The notes beneath the pieces were generated by a model that was not told where the DNA came from, ran no database searches, and saw nothing but the letters and a program-made list of their open reading frames with translations. Positions 15,112 to 30,803 of a stretch of DNA of 64,000 nt are shown piece after piece (position 1 is the stretch's first letter; each line of letters starts with the position of its first letter). Origin of the DNA: the human T2T-CHM13v2.0 reference genome, Homo sapiens; assembly GCF_009914755.1 (NCBI RefSeq), contig NC_060926.1; one strand, written 5' to 3'. The translations under genes and the position numbers were made by a program.

Positions 15112-16275
15112 CACTTCTTAGAGGAAAATTTATAGCATTAAATGCTTATATGAGAGAAGAGTAGAAACACCTCAGATGAATGACTTAAGCTTTCACTTTA
15201 AGAAACAAACAATAATTTTAAAAGAGCAAAAGAAATACAAAATAAGCAGGATTAAGAAAATAACAAATATAAAAGAGAACACATAAAACAGAAAACAAAA
15301 TTTTAATTGTTGAAACCAGAAACTGTTTCTTTGAAGAAGATCAATAAGTCAATAAGCCTCTAAGGATATTGATTACAAAAAAATTTAAAAACATAAAATA
15401 TCCATGTTAGGAATAAAAAAGGAAACATAATTAAGAATCCTACAGTCATTAATGGATAACAAGGGAATACTTCAAACAGTTCTATACTTATAAGTTTGAA
15501 AACTTAGATGAAATAGACAATTTCTTTGAAAAGACTCAAACTACCAAACCTAACTCAAGAATAATATAAGTATTAATAACCTGAATAGTCTTATATCTAT
15601 TAAATAAATTGAGTTCATAGTTTAAGACCTTCCCATATTAAAACTTTAGGCCCAGATAGATTCTCTTGTAAATTCTGCCAAACATCTAAGGAAGAAATAA
15701 TGCCAGTTCCACATACATGCTCCCAGAAAATTGGAAAGGAGAGAACATTTTGCTAATCATTTTTTTATGTCAGCATTACCCCACTTGTAAAACTAGAAAA
15801 CCACATTATATAAAAGGAAAACTGCAGAGTAATATTCCTCAACAACACAGATTAAAATATCCTTAACATAATTTTAGCAAATCAAACCCAGCAATGTATC
15901 AAAATGATAACATACCATAATCAGGTAGAAATTATCCCAGGAATGCAAAATGGGTCTAACATTCAGTGCAATCAACCACATTTTAAAAGATTTAAAAAGT
16001 AAAGCCTATGATCATCTCAAAAAGTGCAGAAAAAGGAATTAACAAAATCCAAAATTCGTTTACAATTAAAAACTCTCGGGCAACTATAAATAGAAGAAAA
16101 CTTCCTCAATCTAAGAGACGTTTATTGAAATATCTAGCTAACATCATACTTAATGGTGAAAGACTGAATGTTTCCTCCTCAACATGAGAAGCAAGAGTAG
16201 GGTGTCTTATCTAATTACTTCTAGCAAACATTGTTCTAGATGTCCTGCCCAGTGCAATGACATAAGAAAAATAGA

Positions 16276-16386
16276 GGCATACAAATTGGAAAGTAAACAT
16301 ACAAATTGGATAGTAAAATACAAATTGAATAGGCATACAAATTGAAAAATACAAATTGGACAGGCATACAAATTGGAAAGTAAAAC
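16276..16386. repeat. Irregular tandem amplification of ATACAAATTG (6 copies) inside L1M
   Basis: Six ATACAAATTG cores spaced 15-20 bp. Confidence 0.85.
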
Positions 16387-16985
16387 AGTTCTTATTTGCA
16401 AATCACATGATTGTCTCCTAGAAAATTCTAAGGAATTTACAGAAAACTTGACTGTAACTAATAATGTATAGTAACATCACAGGATACAGTCAATATACCA
16501 AATTTATTGTTTTTTTATAGCAGTGATGAACAATTGGAAATACCATATGCAGTGGCATCATAAAATAGGGATACATTTAATAAAATAACACAAATCCTGT
16601 GCATTGAAAACTTCAAAACATTGCTGAGAAAATTTAAAGACTACCGAAATAGAATTGAGATGTATCTTGTATTCAATAAGCAAAAGACTCAATAGTATTA
16701 AAATGTCAAATTTCCTCCCAAATTACCAATAGATTAATTGCACTTATAGTCAAAATAACACCTGACATTTTAATAGAAGTTAACAAGTGAATTTGTAATT
16801 TTTGTGGAAATGCAGAGAACATGGAGTGGCCAAAATAGTTTTGAAGAGAAATTAAAAATTGGAGGACTTAAACCACTTGATTTAAGTCCTTACTGTAAAA
16901 ACTAACATAATCACAACAATGTTGTTTGGGTACCTGGAACAGAATCAAGGTTACAGAATAGACCTACACAGGTATGGTCAATTGA

Positions 16986-17293
<308 letters not shown>

Positions 17294-17927
17294 TGGTCAA
17301 TTGATTTTTGACAAAACTGGCAGAGTAAATCAATGAGGGAAAGGATAGTTTTTTCAAAAATTTGTGCTGAAACACTTGGATATCAACACACAAAACAATA
17401 AGAACATCAACCTTAACAATAATTAACTCAAATGGATAAAATCCCTAAGTATAAGAGCTAAACTTTAAAACATCTAGAAAAAGTAAAAGAGAAAATCTTT
17501 GAGATGTTAGGTTAGGCAAAGATGTCTTGATAGGACCACAGAGTAGAAGCTACAGAGAGGGAGAATTTGATTATTTGGACTTTTAAAATTAAAAATATTT
17601 GCTTTACAAAATATATTTTAAAATCAAAGTCCAGCAATGAAGAGAAAATACTTGCAGAAGACATATTTAATAAAGGACTTATATCTAGTATATATAAAGA
17701 ACTCTTCAACTCAATAGCAAGAAGACAAACAACCTAGTTAAAAATGGGCAAAAGCTTTGAACAGATATTTCACAATAGAAAACATAAGAATGGCAAATAA
17801 GCATATGAAAAGATTCTCAGCATCATTAGTCATTATGGAAATGCAAGTTACAATGATACACCACTCCACGCACAGTAAAATGGCTAAAATTAAAATGATA
17901 GGTAACACCATGTGTTGGTGAGGATTC

Positions 17928-18046
17928 TTTTTTTTTTTTTTAGATGGAGTCTCGCTCTGTCGCCCAGGCTGGAGTGCAGTGTCACAATCTCGGCTCACTG
18001 CAAGCTCTGCCTCCTGGGTTCACGCCATTCTCCTGCCTCAGCCTCC
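17928..18046 (-). mobile_element. 5'-truncated Alu (part of right arm)
   Basis: poly-T…GCAAGCTCTGCCTCCTGGGTTCACGCCATTCTCCTGCC; stops abruptly. Confidence 0.9.
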
Positions 18047-19960
18047 AGATACATTACAGGTGTAAATGCAAAGTGTTGTAGCCACTTTGGAAAATAATAT
18101 TTATAATGGAAATGTAAATCTAATAAAATACATATGAGTCCTATGATTCAAAAATTCTATATCTTTACTGAAGGCTTTGAACTTCGACCTAAATGAAAAG
18201 ACAGGCATTCCATGTTCATGGGTAGGAAGAGTTAACATGACAATGAAATCAATTATCTCAAAACCTATAGATTTAGTACAAATCTAATCAACATTTTAGT
18301 AGGCTTTTGAATGGAAATTGTCAAATTGGTTACAAAATCAAGGAGACAAGAATACCCCAAAAAAAAACCATGAAGGAGAAAAGTAAGAAGGGAAATAAAA
18401 ATTGGTCAATGAAAACGAAAGCCACAATGAAAAAGTATTTTATACTTCTTTAATTAGCCAAAAATAAAGAATTAAATTTGAGCAAGTATTAAAGATTATG
18501 TTGATCAATGGGATTTTGTATGCATTGTTGGTAAAAATATAAATTGATATAACACTTTAAGAGCAATTTAGCATTACCTTTAAAGTTATATTTTTGCCTA
18601 CCCTACAATGCAGAAATTCCTCTAGATTTAAAAGAGTGCTCATTACATCACAGCTTGTACTAGCAAAAATTAAAACAAAAAGAAGAAAAAGCCTGAAGTA
18701 ACCCAAGTATCCATCAACAAAGAAGTGAATACATTGTGTTCTCCAACAATATTTCCTAAGCAATAAACTATTTCTCAGCTCTGAGCATCAGTAGACTTCC
18801 ATTTTAGGCAAAAAAAGAACGAATCTTAGTGACATATGCAATGTGAAAATAGCAAGCACCAGAAGATTACAGAAAGCATAATGCATTGTTACAAAGTTAG
18901 AAAGCTAGAATATAAGCAATACTAAGTGTGTGAGTGTATGTGTGTGTGTATGAGATGGGGCTAGGTGCAGCAAGGGGTGGGGTGGGGGTGGGGTGGAGAA
19001 AACAAAAGAAAAACAAGCAAGGGAATTATAAGCCTGAAATTCAGAATACAGGATACCAATGGAGAAGGATAATTTTCTGATTTATAAGTTAAATGGTACG
19101 TTCACAAGCATTCATTATAATATTGTTTTAAAACCACAAAACAGAAAGCTATGCAAATACTGAAAGTGTGTCCTGAGCCAAATAGTTTAATTAATCCATG
19201 CCTTTGTGCCAGAAGTACAAATTTAAAAAAAGAAAAAAGAAGGAAGGACGTTAAGCCGGAAGATAGGCAAAAAGGGGTCAAAAGTTTGTGTAAAGAGCAA
19301 GAGACACTCAAAAATGATCCAGAAGATTAGGGGGGAAATGCCAAAAAGAGTTCTAGAAATTAAAAATACTATTATTAAAATTAGAAACTCAATAGATAAG
19401 TTATATGGCAGAGTAGACAGCATTGAATGTAGAATTAGTAAAATGGATGATCTATCTAGAGGAATTACAGAGCATTCAGGGCAGAAGAACAAAGAAATGG
19501 ATAACATAAATATGTATTATGGAACTGAAATATGCAGTGAGAATGCCAAGCATACACTTAACAGAAGTTACAAAAGAGAGAAAATGAGTGAAAATCAATA
19601 TTTAAAGAGAATTAATGGTCAATAATTTATCATAGACACTAAGCCTCAGCATCAGAAATCCCAGAAAATTTCAAGAAAGAAATATTTTTTAAAAGCACAT
19701 ATTGGCATACACCATAGAACACACACTGCAGAACAGAGACTAGAGAGAAAAACAACCAAAGAGAAAATACAGGCAACCTTCCTAAGTAATATCACTTGAA
19801 ATGACACTACTTTCTCAAGCATCAATGGGAGCCAGTAAATAGAGGGAAATTGTATTCACAGTGCTACTTGAAAACAGTTTTCAACCAACAATTGTATATC
19901 TGAAATATCTTTCAGTAAAACATGTTAATATGAACACTTTTTTCCAAAATAGAAAAAATA

Positions 19961-20899
<939 letters not shown>

Positions 20900-22099
20900 T
20901 CAAGAAGGAGGAAAATTAGCTTAAATGTTTTAGTCTAAGTAGATAAAGTACCATGATTAAAACAATAAATCAAAACCAACTTTGATGAACAAAATGTATA
21001 TATTCTTATCCCATTAAATAATCTGTGGACAAGGATGTTTACTGTAGCATTGTTTATAGCGGCAAATAAACTGAAAATAAAATTAGTGACCCACAATTAA
21101 GAGAATTATTTAATAAATTATAGCATAGGAACACCATATTAAAATTCATTAGCTACTGGTAAGAATGAATTGCCTCTCTTCTAGTCAACTTGGAAGGATT
21201 TTCATAAATTATAATTGAATGGAAACGAAAAAAAAATCTGAAGTGCAGAAGTGTTTCTAATATGATACCATTTTGGTAAAAGCACTGAATCTGCACCTCA
21301 AAAGACCCAAAACCTCCAAACATATACATATTGAGATTAGATATATACACAAATAATGTTTTCTAAATAATCATGTAATTAGGTACAGACATATTATACA
21401 TAATAATGTAAGCTGGATTGTTAATATGGGTGATCTGAGATCACAAGTCAGGGACTGTTACTGGAGAAGGAAATGATCCAATTAAAAAGATAAAAATTTT
21501 AAAAAGACTGCACAAAACATCACTACAATTAAAAACAACTGTAAGAATTTAGTATGTCTTTAAAAATGTATTCATGTACATGAAGCTTCATATCTGTGTA
21601 CATATAAAGAAATTAAAAGATGTCTACATTCAGAAACTAGAATACTTTTAAAAAGAAATAATCTAAGTGTGGAGAGTCTAGTAAGAAATGTACGTACATT
21701 TGGAAACGTAGTGTATACAAACAGATCTGTAAAATAGCCAACAATGGCTTAGACCACAGGGACGCTTAAAACATATCAGAAGCCAATACAAGTCTCCAGT
21801 GCTAGGGTCTGGCCAGCCTCCGTGGCTTTCCTCTTATCATCACAAATGCCTGCAGCCTTGAACATCAGTTCCTGGTGCTGAGCAGTCTAAGGTGAGAAGA
21901 ACAGAGACGGTGAGAGAACAGCCGAGCAGACGTTCCAGGAAGACAGAGCACAGATACAAAGTCCCTAAGGAGAGCAGGACAGGCTTGTCTGAGGGATGTT
22001 CCAGAATCCGGTGTGCCTGTGCCAGGGAGAAAGAATGCTGCAGAGAAGAGGCCAGGCAGGTTAGGGTGCAGTGTAGCTCCAAGGCATCCTACACTCTGC

Positions 22100-22765
22100 A
22101 CTCCCCACCCCCACTCCCCAGACGGTTTGTCACCTGGAGTGAGACATTAAGCCTTATGAGGGTTTTGAGTAGAAAAGGGAGATTGTCTGACTTCAGGTTA
22201 GCAGGTTTTATCTGTTTGTTACTGACCCCGGCTGGAAGCCATTGCAGGAATCCAACAGAAAGATAATAGCGATTGAACTGGGGCAGTAGCCAAAGGACAT
22301 GAAGTCTTGAGGCTGCTGGAGCTGATAGGTTTTGTTGACAGAACAGAAGAGGGGCGAAGGCAAATCAAGGGCCAAAGGCGGCCCCAGAGATACTGGCCTG
22401 AGTCTCTGGAGGGATGGGGTTATCACTGATATGATGGCAAGAGCAGGTTTGGGGAGGGCTGTTAGTGGTGGTGAGGAGAATCACGGGCTCAATTTGGCCA
22501 TGCCAGTCTTGTACATGCAAGAGGAGACACTGAGTAGCCAGCTGGATCTATAGGATTCTGGAGTTTGGGGGAGAAGTCCACTCTGAAGGTATACATTTGG
22601 GAAGTGTTGGTGTAGAATGAGATTATAAGGCCATGAGGTTACTTGATGTCACCAAGACAGCAAAGAGGAAACAACAGATGACCAAGTTCTGGGCACTGCC
22701 ACAAACAGAAGGCAGGAAAAGGAGGATCCAGTAAGGAATTTGAGACAGAGAAGCCAGTGAAGTAA
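22100..22765 (-). mobile_element. L2 fragment
   Basis: Degenerate L2 motifs (GCAGCTGGATCTATAGGATTCTGGAGTTTGGGGGAGAAGTC, AAGGCCATGAGG). Confidence 0.55.
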
Positions 22766-23011
22766 GTTCAATAGCTCATTCAGCCAGGCAGTTGTGATTT
22801 GCAAGCACACTAAAAGTTATCTGGATCCTTAGAGGAATTTACAAGTAAGGACAGCATGCCCTCCTAGAAGCAAAAGAGTTATCATAGACCAGTAGGCCAT
22901 GTCAAAAGGATTCAGACCAATTTGAAGAGGTGCCCACTGTCTAAAAATTGAACTGTTCTAACGCTGGCTAAAAATTGAACTGTTTTAACATACGCAAGAG
23001 TAATAACTGCA

Positions 23012-23308
<297 letters not shown>

Positions 23309-23559
23309 ACTGCAATAGACTGAAATACATCAAGTATGTTGAATCTGAGTTCATAACAATACAAAAAACTTAGTCACCATTGGAGGATGCTAATGCAACA
23401 ATTCAATGTCTTAGAAATTGTACCCAGAGAGCAAGACTCAAGCATCCTGCTTTTCCTATCACTGAGGAACCAGATCACCAATGAGGGTAGTTTATGTTCA
23501 CAGAGGCATTGAGTTGAGAAATAGGTACTCCAGTGAAGAGGGAATGATAGAAATAGCAT

Positions 23560-24275
23560 CTCACCACGATCTCACACCAGTCAGAATGGCTATTATTAAA
23601 AGTCAAAAAATAATAGATGCTGGCAAGGGTGTGGATAAAAGGGAACATTTATATACTGTTGCTGGGAATGTAGATTAGTTCAGCCACTGTAGAAAGCAGT
23701 TTGGAGATTTCTTGAAGAACTTAACAACTATCATTCGACCCATCAATCCCATTACTGGGTATATATCCAAAAGAAAATAAGTCATTCTCCCAAAAAGACA
23801 TATACACTCATGTTTATCGCAGTGCTATTCACTATAGCAAAGACATGGAATTAACCTAGGTGCCCATCAGTGCTAGATAGGATGAAGAAAATGTGGTAAA
23901 TATACACCGTGAAATATTATGCAGCCATAAAAATGAATGAAATCATGTCTGTTGCAGCAACATGGATGCAGCTAAAGGCCATTATTCTAAGAGAATTAAT
24001 GCACAAAGAGAAAACCAGCTACTGCATCTTCTCACTTATAAGTGGGAGCTAAACAATGAGTACTCATGGACACAAAGATGGCAACAATAGACCCTGGGGG
24101 CTACTAGAAGGGGAAGCAAGGGAGGAGAAAAAGGCCTGAAAAAATACTGAGTACGATGCTAAGTACCTGGGTGATGGGATCCCTCATACCCCAAACATCA
24201 GCATCATGCAGTATACCCAGGTAACAAAACTGCACATGTACCCCATGAATCTAAAATAAAAGTTAAAAATATTTT
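23560..24275 (+). mobile_element. L1PA15/16-like 3' fragment
   Basis: [16 protein letters not shown]2 relic; 3' end …GCACATGTACCCCATGAATCTAAAATAAAAGTT. Confidence 0.85.
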
Positions 24276-24278
24276 TTA

Positions 24279-24872
<594 letters not shown>

Positions 24873-24896
24873 CTATATAACAAAGGTCCAGTTTTT

Positions 24897-26412
24897 CTTT
24901 TTTTCGTTTTTCATTTTTATTTTTATTTTAAGTTCCAGAGTACATGTGCAGGATGTGCAGCTTTGTTATACAGGTGTACATGTGCCACGGTGGTTTGCTG
25001 CACCTATCAACCCATTGCCTAGGTATTAAGCCCAGCATGCATTAGCTATTTTTCCTAATGCTCTCCCTCCCCCACCCCACCACCCAGCAGGCCCCAGTGT
25101 GTGTTATTCCCCTCCCTGTATCCACGTGTTCTCATTGTTCAGCTCCCACTTATAAGTGAGAACTTGTGCTGTTTGGTTTTCTGTTCTTGTGTTAGTTTGC
25201 TGAGAATAATGGCTTCGAGCTCCATCCATGTCCCTGCAAAGGACATGATCTTGTTCCTTTTTATGGCTGCATAGTTTTTCATGCCTGTTCGCTCTGATGA
25301 TAGTTTCTTTTGCTATGCAGAAGCTCTTATTTCTGAATTCTCTATTCTGTTCCACATTTTCTTTATCCAGTCTATCATTGATGGACATTTGGGTTGTTTG
25401 TTTTTTTCTTGTAAATTTGTTTAAGTTCCTTGTAGATTCTGGATATTAGACCTTTGTCAAATGGATAGATTGCAAAAATGTTCTCCCACTCTGTAAGTTT
25501 CCTGTTCACTCAGTTGATAGTTTCTTTTGCTGTGCAGAAGTTCTTTAGTTTAATTAGATCCCATTTGTCACTTTTTTCTTTTGTTGCAATTGCTTTTGGC
25601 AATTTCATTATGAAATCTCTGCCTGTGCCTATGTCCTGAAAGGCGTTGCCTAGATTTTCTTCTAGGGTTTTTATAGTTTTGGATTTTACATGTAAGTCTT
25701 TAATCCATCTTGAGTAATTTTTGTATAAGGTGTAAGGAAGGGGTCCAGTTTCAGTTTTCTGTATATGGCTAGCCAGCTCTCCCAGCATCATTTATTAAAT
25801 AGGGGATCCTTTTCCTGTTGCTCATTTTTGTCGGGTTTGTCGAAGATCCTATGGTTGTAGACGTGTGGTCTTATTGCTGAATTCTCTTTTCTGTTCCATT
25901 GGCCTATGTGTCTCTTTTTGTACCAATACCATGCTGTTTTGGTTACTATAGCCTTGTGGTATAGTTTGAGGTCTGTTGATGTCTCCAGCTTTGTTCTTTT
26001 TGCTTAGGATTGTCTTGCTATACAAGTTCATTTTTGGTTCCATATGAATTTTAAATTCTGTGAAGAATGTCAATGGTAGTTTAATGGGAATAGCATTGAA
26101 TCTATAAATTACTTTGGGCAGTATGGCGATTTTCACAATATTTATTCCTCTTATCTATAAGCATGGAATATGTTCCATTTGTTTGTGACCTCTCTGATTT
26201 CCTTGAACAATGGTTTGTAGTTCTCCTTGAAGAGGTCCTTCCCTTCCCCTGTTAGCTCTATTCCTAGGTATTTTATTCTCTTTGTAGCAATTGTGGATGG
26301 GAATTCATTCATGATTTGGCTCTCTGCTTGCCTGTTGTTGGTGTATAGGAATGCTTGTGACTTTTGCACATTCATTTTATATCCTTAGACTTTGCCGAAG
26401 TTGCTTATCAAT
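24897..26412 (-). mobile_element. 5'-truncated, internally rearranged L1PA
   Basis: 3'UTR at left; minus ORFs [55 protein letters not shown]; imperfect TSD TCCAGTTT(TT)CTT. Confidence 0.95.
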
Positions 26413-27584
26413 GAAACTCCAGTTTCTTAAGGAAATACATTAAAGCAAGACACAGACGTACACGGATGAAGGGGGGAGGGGGGAGGTAAAGGGGGAGAGA
26501 GGATGGAAAATGGAAGAAAGAATGAGGGAGGAAGGGAGAGAGAGAGAGAGAGAGAAGTCAGCCCATATTAAAAGGACCTTATACAAGTCACAGAGTGTGA
26601 ACCATTTTTGACTGAGTAAAACAAGCTCTATTTTTAAAATCTATTACATTTAATTAATGAGAAAATGAACATTTGAGCACTGATGAATATTTGATATTAA
26701 GAAATTATATTTCTTTAGGTATTGTAGATATTTTTAGGAGAAATGGTCTTTTTAAAGAAATGCTTGCTAAATATTTATAGATAAAACTCTATTTGTCTAA
26801 TATTTACTTCAAAATACTACAGAGACTGTGGGCGTAGGGTAGGGAGGATGCAAGATTGGCCAGGAGTTGGTTGCCATGAAAGCTGGGTGGTGGTTGCTTG
26901 AGGTGCATTATACTGCACTCTCTACTTTTGCATATGTTTAAATTTTCTATCTTCATCATCACCATCATGCTGTTAGGGTGCATGTCAGAGTTGGCTTCTG
27001 CATCAATTTTTTCCCAAAACTCAATTCTCAGTGTGGCTCTTTCTTCAATGCTGTAAAATTCCCTTCTACTATCTTTCTGAAAATATTTTTTTCCATTGTT
27101 GGTTTCTCTGTTTCAAAATTTGTTAACTTCACATTGAATTTTACGTATCTGTCCTCCAATTCTACTTACTTTGCTCTAAGAAGTCTCTCTTTCTTTATTC
27201 TGTACACTCACCAGGATGGACTCAGGACTTTTCTCTATGCCAGGAATCCCTTTCCACAACATGCTGTTTCCATTGCAAAACTTTTTAAATACCTATTTTG
27301 GCTCTGAAATCCTCTTAGTTCTATGAATTTTCTTTCTATTTCTCCCTATTGTTACAGAACTCCTATCTTATAAAAAGTGATGGTCTAATTTCCTGCAATG
27401 CTAAGCGTACTTAACAAACACATTTATCTGTATTTTACACAATATTTATCCTGTGTGGTGCAAATGACCTGCTGATACCTTTTAAAATTCCTTTATGTTG
27501 TGCTCACAGATGTCACCGGCAGCTCATCCAGGCCTTGTCTGTGAGCTGGTACATCATGGGCCAACATACTCTCTGATATGAACA

Positions 27585-27649
27585 GAAAACCAGCAGCCTG
27601 CAGGCTGAGTCTGGGTCAAAGACGTATTTTCTTTGGCCACACAGTATTT
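27585..27649. mobile_element. hAT-Charlie (MER102/Charlie4-like) relic, left half; continues at ~35101-35260
   Basis: GCCTGCAGGCTGAGTCTGGGTCAAAGACGTATTTTCTTTGGCCACACAGT on the left and GAAATTCAGAAGACCTGGTAACAC on the right of the L1 resemble contiguous consensus (recall). Confidence 0.5.
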
Positions 27650-28194
27650 AAAATAAAATCTTCACCCCAACATGGCGGATTAGGGGCGTCGCTAGCACAT
27701 CTCTCCCGCTTGGAAGGACAAAAGTGTGTAGAGATTCACCTTGTGAAATGTTTTTCAACAAGAGATGCCATGGCTGAACGGGAAAACCGCAGGATTCTAG
27801 GGACCTTTGAAGGAAGCGGGAGGCTGCAGCCCACCCTGTGAGTCAGGCAGGGGCTGCGAGTCCGAGTGTGAGGGGGGAGTTTGCCTCTGGGATACGCAAC
27901 ACCCCTGGGGACCCCGAAAGTCCAGGAGGACAAGAAGGAAGGCCCTAACCCCACCCGGAGCAGGAACTGACTTGGGGAGGGTGGTGGGATATAAAAGCAG
28001 GAGCTGCGTTGGGAAGACCTCTCCTGCACTCCCAGAGCCCAGGCAGACCAAGATCAGTCGTTCCCTACTGTTCCTCACAGGGGACCCTGCGGACAGCCAA
28101 GAACTTCAGGCGTGGTCTCAGGTTCAAAGAAGCTCCCAATGGGGGCGTTTCACGACATAACCCCAGGTGGGAGAGAGTAAAAAGCAGGTTTCAA

Positions 28195-28640
28195 GGTTCG
28201 GGAGCCTTTGGTGCAGGGGTCCCGGGTGCAGGAGCTTTTGGTGCAGGGGCCGTGGGTGCAGGCGTCCCGGGTGCAGGGGCCCCTGGTGCAGGAGCTGCGG
28301 GTGCAGGAGTCTCGGGTTCAGGGGCCCCGGGTGCAGGAACCCCGGTGCAGGAGCCTTGGGTGCAGGTGCCGCGGATGCAGGAGCCCCAGGTGCAAAAGCC
28401 TTGGGTTCAGGGGCCCCAGGTGCAGGAGTTGCGGATGCGGGAGTCTGGGGTGCAGGGGCCACGGGTGCAGGCGCCCTGGGTGCAGGAACCTTGGGTGCAG
28501 GGGCCTCAGGTGCAGGAGCTGCGGGTGCTGGAGTCTCGAGTGCAGGGACCCCGGGTGCGGGAGCCTTGGATGCAGGGGCCAGGGTGCAGGGACGGCCGGT
28601 GCAGGAGCCTCGGGCGCAGGGCCCGCGGGTGCAGGGGCTG
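28195..28640. repeat. GC/CpG-rich minisatellite, 15-bp unit (~30 copies) in the L1 5'UTR
   Basis: GGTGCAGG(A/G)GCC(C/T)(C/T)G repeated with ~15-bp period. Confidence 0.95.
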
Positions 28641-30692
28641 GACGCCCACCTTTGCAGCAGACAGGGAGGGGCGTGGCTTGAAGGCGGCGGTTGCTATCTC
28701 CATGGGGAAAGCTTATGACTCCAGGCAGTGGAAGGTCGGATTACAGGCTGACTGGAACTCAGTTCGCTGCTGCCAGCGAACACTGTGGGAGTGGATCCGA
28801 CTCTCCAAGTGCGTGGGAACTGTGGGGCTAGCCACCGCCTGCCACTCCCCACGCCCTGCACAAACTTTTCTGTGCTGCAGAGACAGCAGCGCTCCCCCTG
28901 GAATGTCAACCCCGTGGCCTGAGGACCGCTCCCGTGCCCCGAAACGCACAGGGGCTACTGCTTACCCTGCACAGGGAGCATCAGCGCAAACCCGCCCCGT
29001 CCAGCCCCCTCCTGGCTTTGCCCCGCCACCTGCCCTGGTAGCTTCACACAAGGGACAGAATCTCTTGGGAGCTACATGACCCCGCCCATTGCCTAAGAAA
29101 CCAGAGTATCTCCCTGGGCAACCTAAGGCGAGCACAAATCCCACTGCTGCTCTTTTGCAAGCACCACCTCATGGCTGAAGGGCAATCAACACAGTCCAGG
29201 ACAGCATCTCCTGGTAGAATAACACTTCACCCAGGAAGGAGAAAACCGCTGTGCAATCTCAGCTATCACCTCTACCTGCACTACTCTAGCTAACCAGGAG
29301 GTCCTGAGTCTGTCTACACGACCAGTTCATTACTACTATAACCCATGTTCAAGAAGGCCAAGACACTGAGGCCATCCGTAACCAAGGAATTTCAGAGTCT
29401 GCCTCACTCCTGAAAGTACCAAGAACTGAATCAGGCTATAATTAATTATAAGCATTAAAGTCTCATCCTCAAGGGGGAAAAAAGAAATTTAAAAACAAAG
29501 AAATACAGTCAAACCAAACATAAATTCAAGAATAATTAGAAGAAATAGTCTACCCAAATGAGATGAAGCCAGAAAAATAACTCTGGTAATATAACAAAAC
29601 AGGGTGACATAATACATCCCAAAGATCACACTAGCTCTCCAGCAACGGACTGAAACCAAGATGAAATTTTTGAAATACCAGATAAGGAATTCAGAAGGTT
29701 GATTATTAAGCTACTCAAAATATCAGAGAAAGGTGAAAAACATCATAAAGAAATTTAAAAAGCAGTTCAGGATATGAATAAACATTTTCTAGAGAGATAG
29801 ATATCATCAAGAAAACTCAATCAGAACTTCTGGAAATGAAAGACACACTGAGGGAATTACAAAATGCAGTGGAAAGTTTTAAAAATAGACTACAACAAAT
29901 AGAAGAAAGAATTTCAGAGCTCGAAGACAAGGCTTTTGGATTAACCCAATCAGACAGAGAAGAAAAACCAAAAGAAATTAACAAAGTCTCCAAGAAATAT
30001 GGGTTTATGTAAAGTGGCCAAACCCAAGAATAATTGGTGTTCCTGAGGAAGAAGACAAAATAATAAGTCTGGAAAACTTATTTGAGGGACTAATTGAAGA
30101 AAAGTTCCCTGGCTTGGCAAGAGATCTGGATATCCAAATTCAAGAAGCTCAAATAACTCCTGGGAAATTTATTGCAAAAAAAATCTTCACCAAGGCATAT
30201 AGTCATCAGGCTACCTAAAGTTAACATGAAGGAAAGAATTCTAAGAGCCGTATGACAAAGCCACAGATAACCTACAAAGGAAAACCTATCAGACTAACAT
30301 CAGACTTCTCAGCAGAAACCTTACAAGCCAGAAGGGATTGGGGTCTTCAACCTCCTTAAACAGAACAACTGTCAGCCAAGAATTTTGTATCCCACAAAAT
30401 TAAGTTTCACAAATGAAGGAGAAATGAAGTCATTTTCAGACAAACAAATCCTGATGGAATTTGTCACTACCAAACCAGCACCGCAAGAAATGCTAAAAGG
30501 AGTTCTAACTCTTGAAACAAAAGCCTAAAATACACCAAAATAGAACCTCTTGAAAGCTTAAAACTCACAGTTCCTATAAAACAATAACACACACACATAC
30601 ACACACACACACACAAACCATGTAGATAACAATTAACATGATGAAGAGAACAGTACCTCACATCTCAATATTAACGTTGAATGTAAATGGTC

Positions 30693-30803
30693 TGGGAGGC
30701 TGAGGCAGGAGAAATCATTTGAACCTGGGAGGAGGAGGTTGCAGTGAGCCAAGATTGCATCACTGCACTCCAGTCTGGGCAACAGAGTGAAAAAAAAAAA
30801 AAA
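30693..30803 (+). mobile_element. 5'-truncated Alu right arm in L1 ORF2
   Basis: GGGAGGCTGAGGCAGGAG…CAACAGAGTG poly-A. Confidence 0.9.

Noticed and set aside
18973-18996. G-quadruplex motif (GGGGT)n, also G-runs at 26471-26496
   Set aside because: Valid motifs but common, within old repeats, and with no functional context
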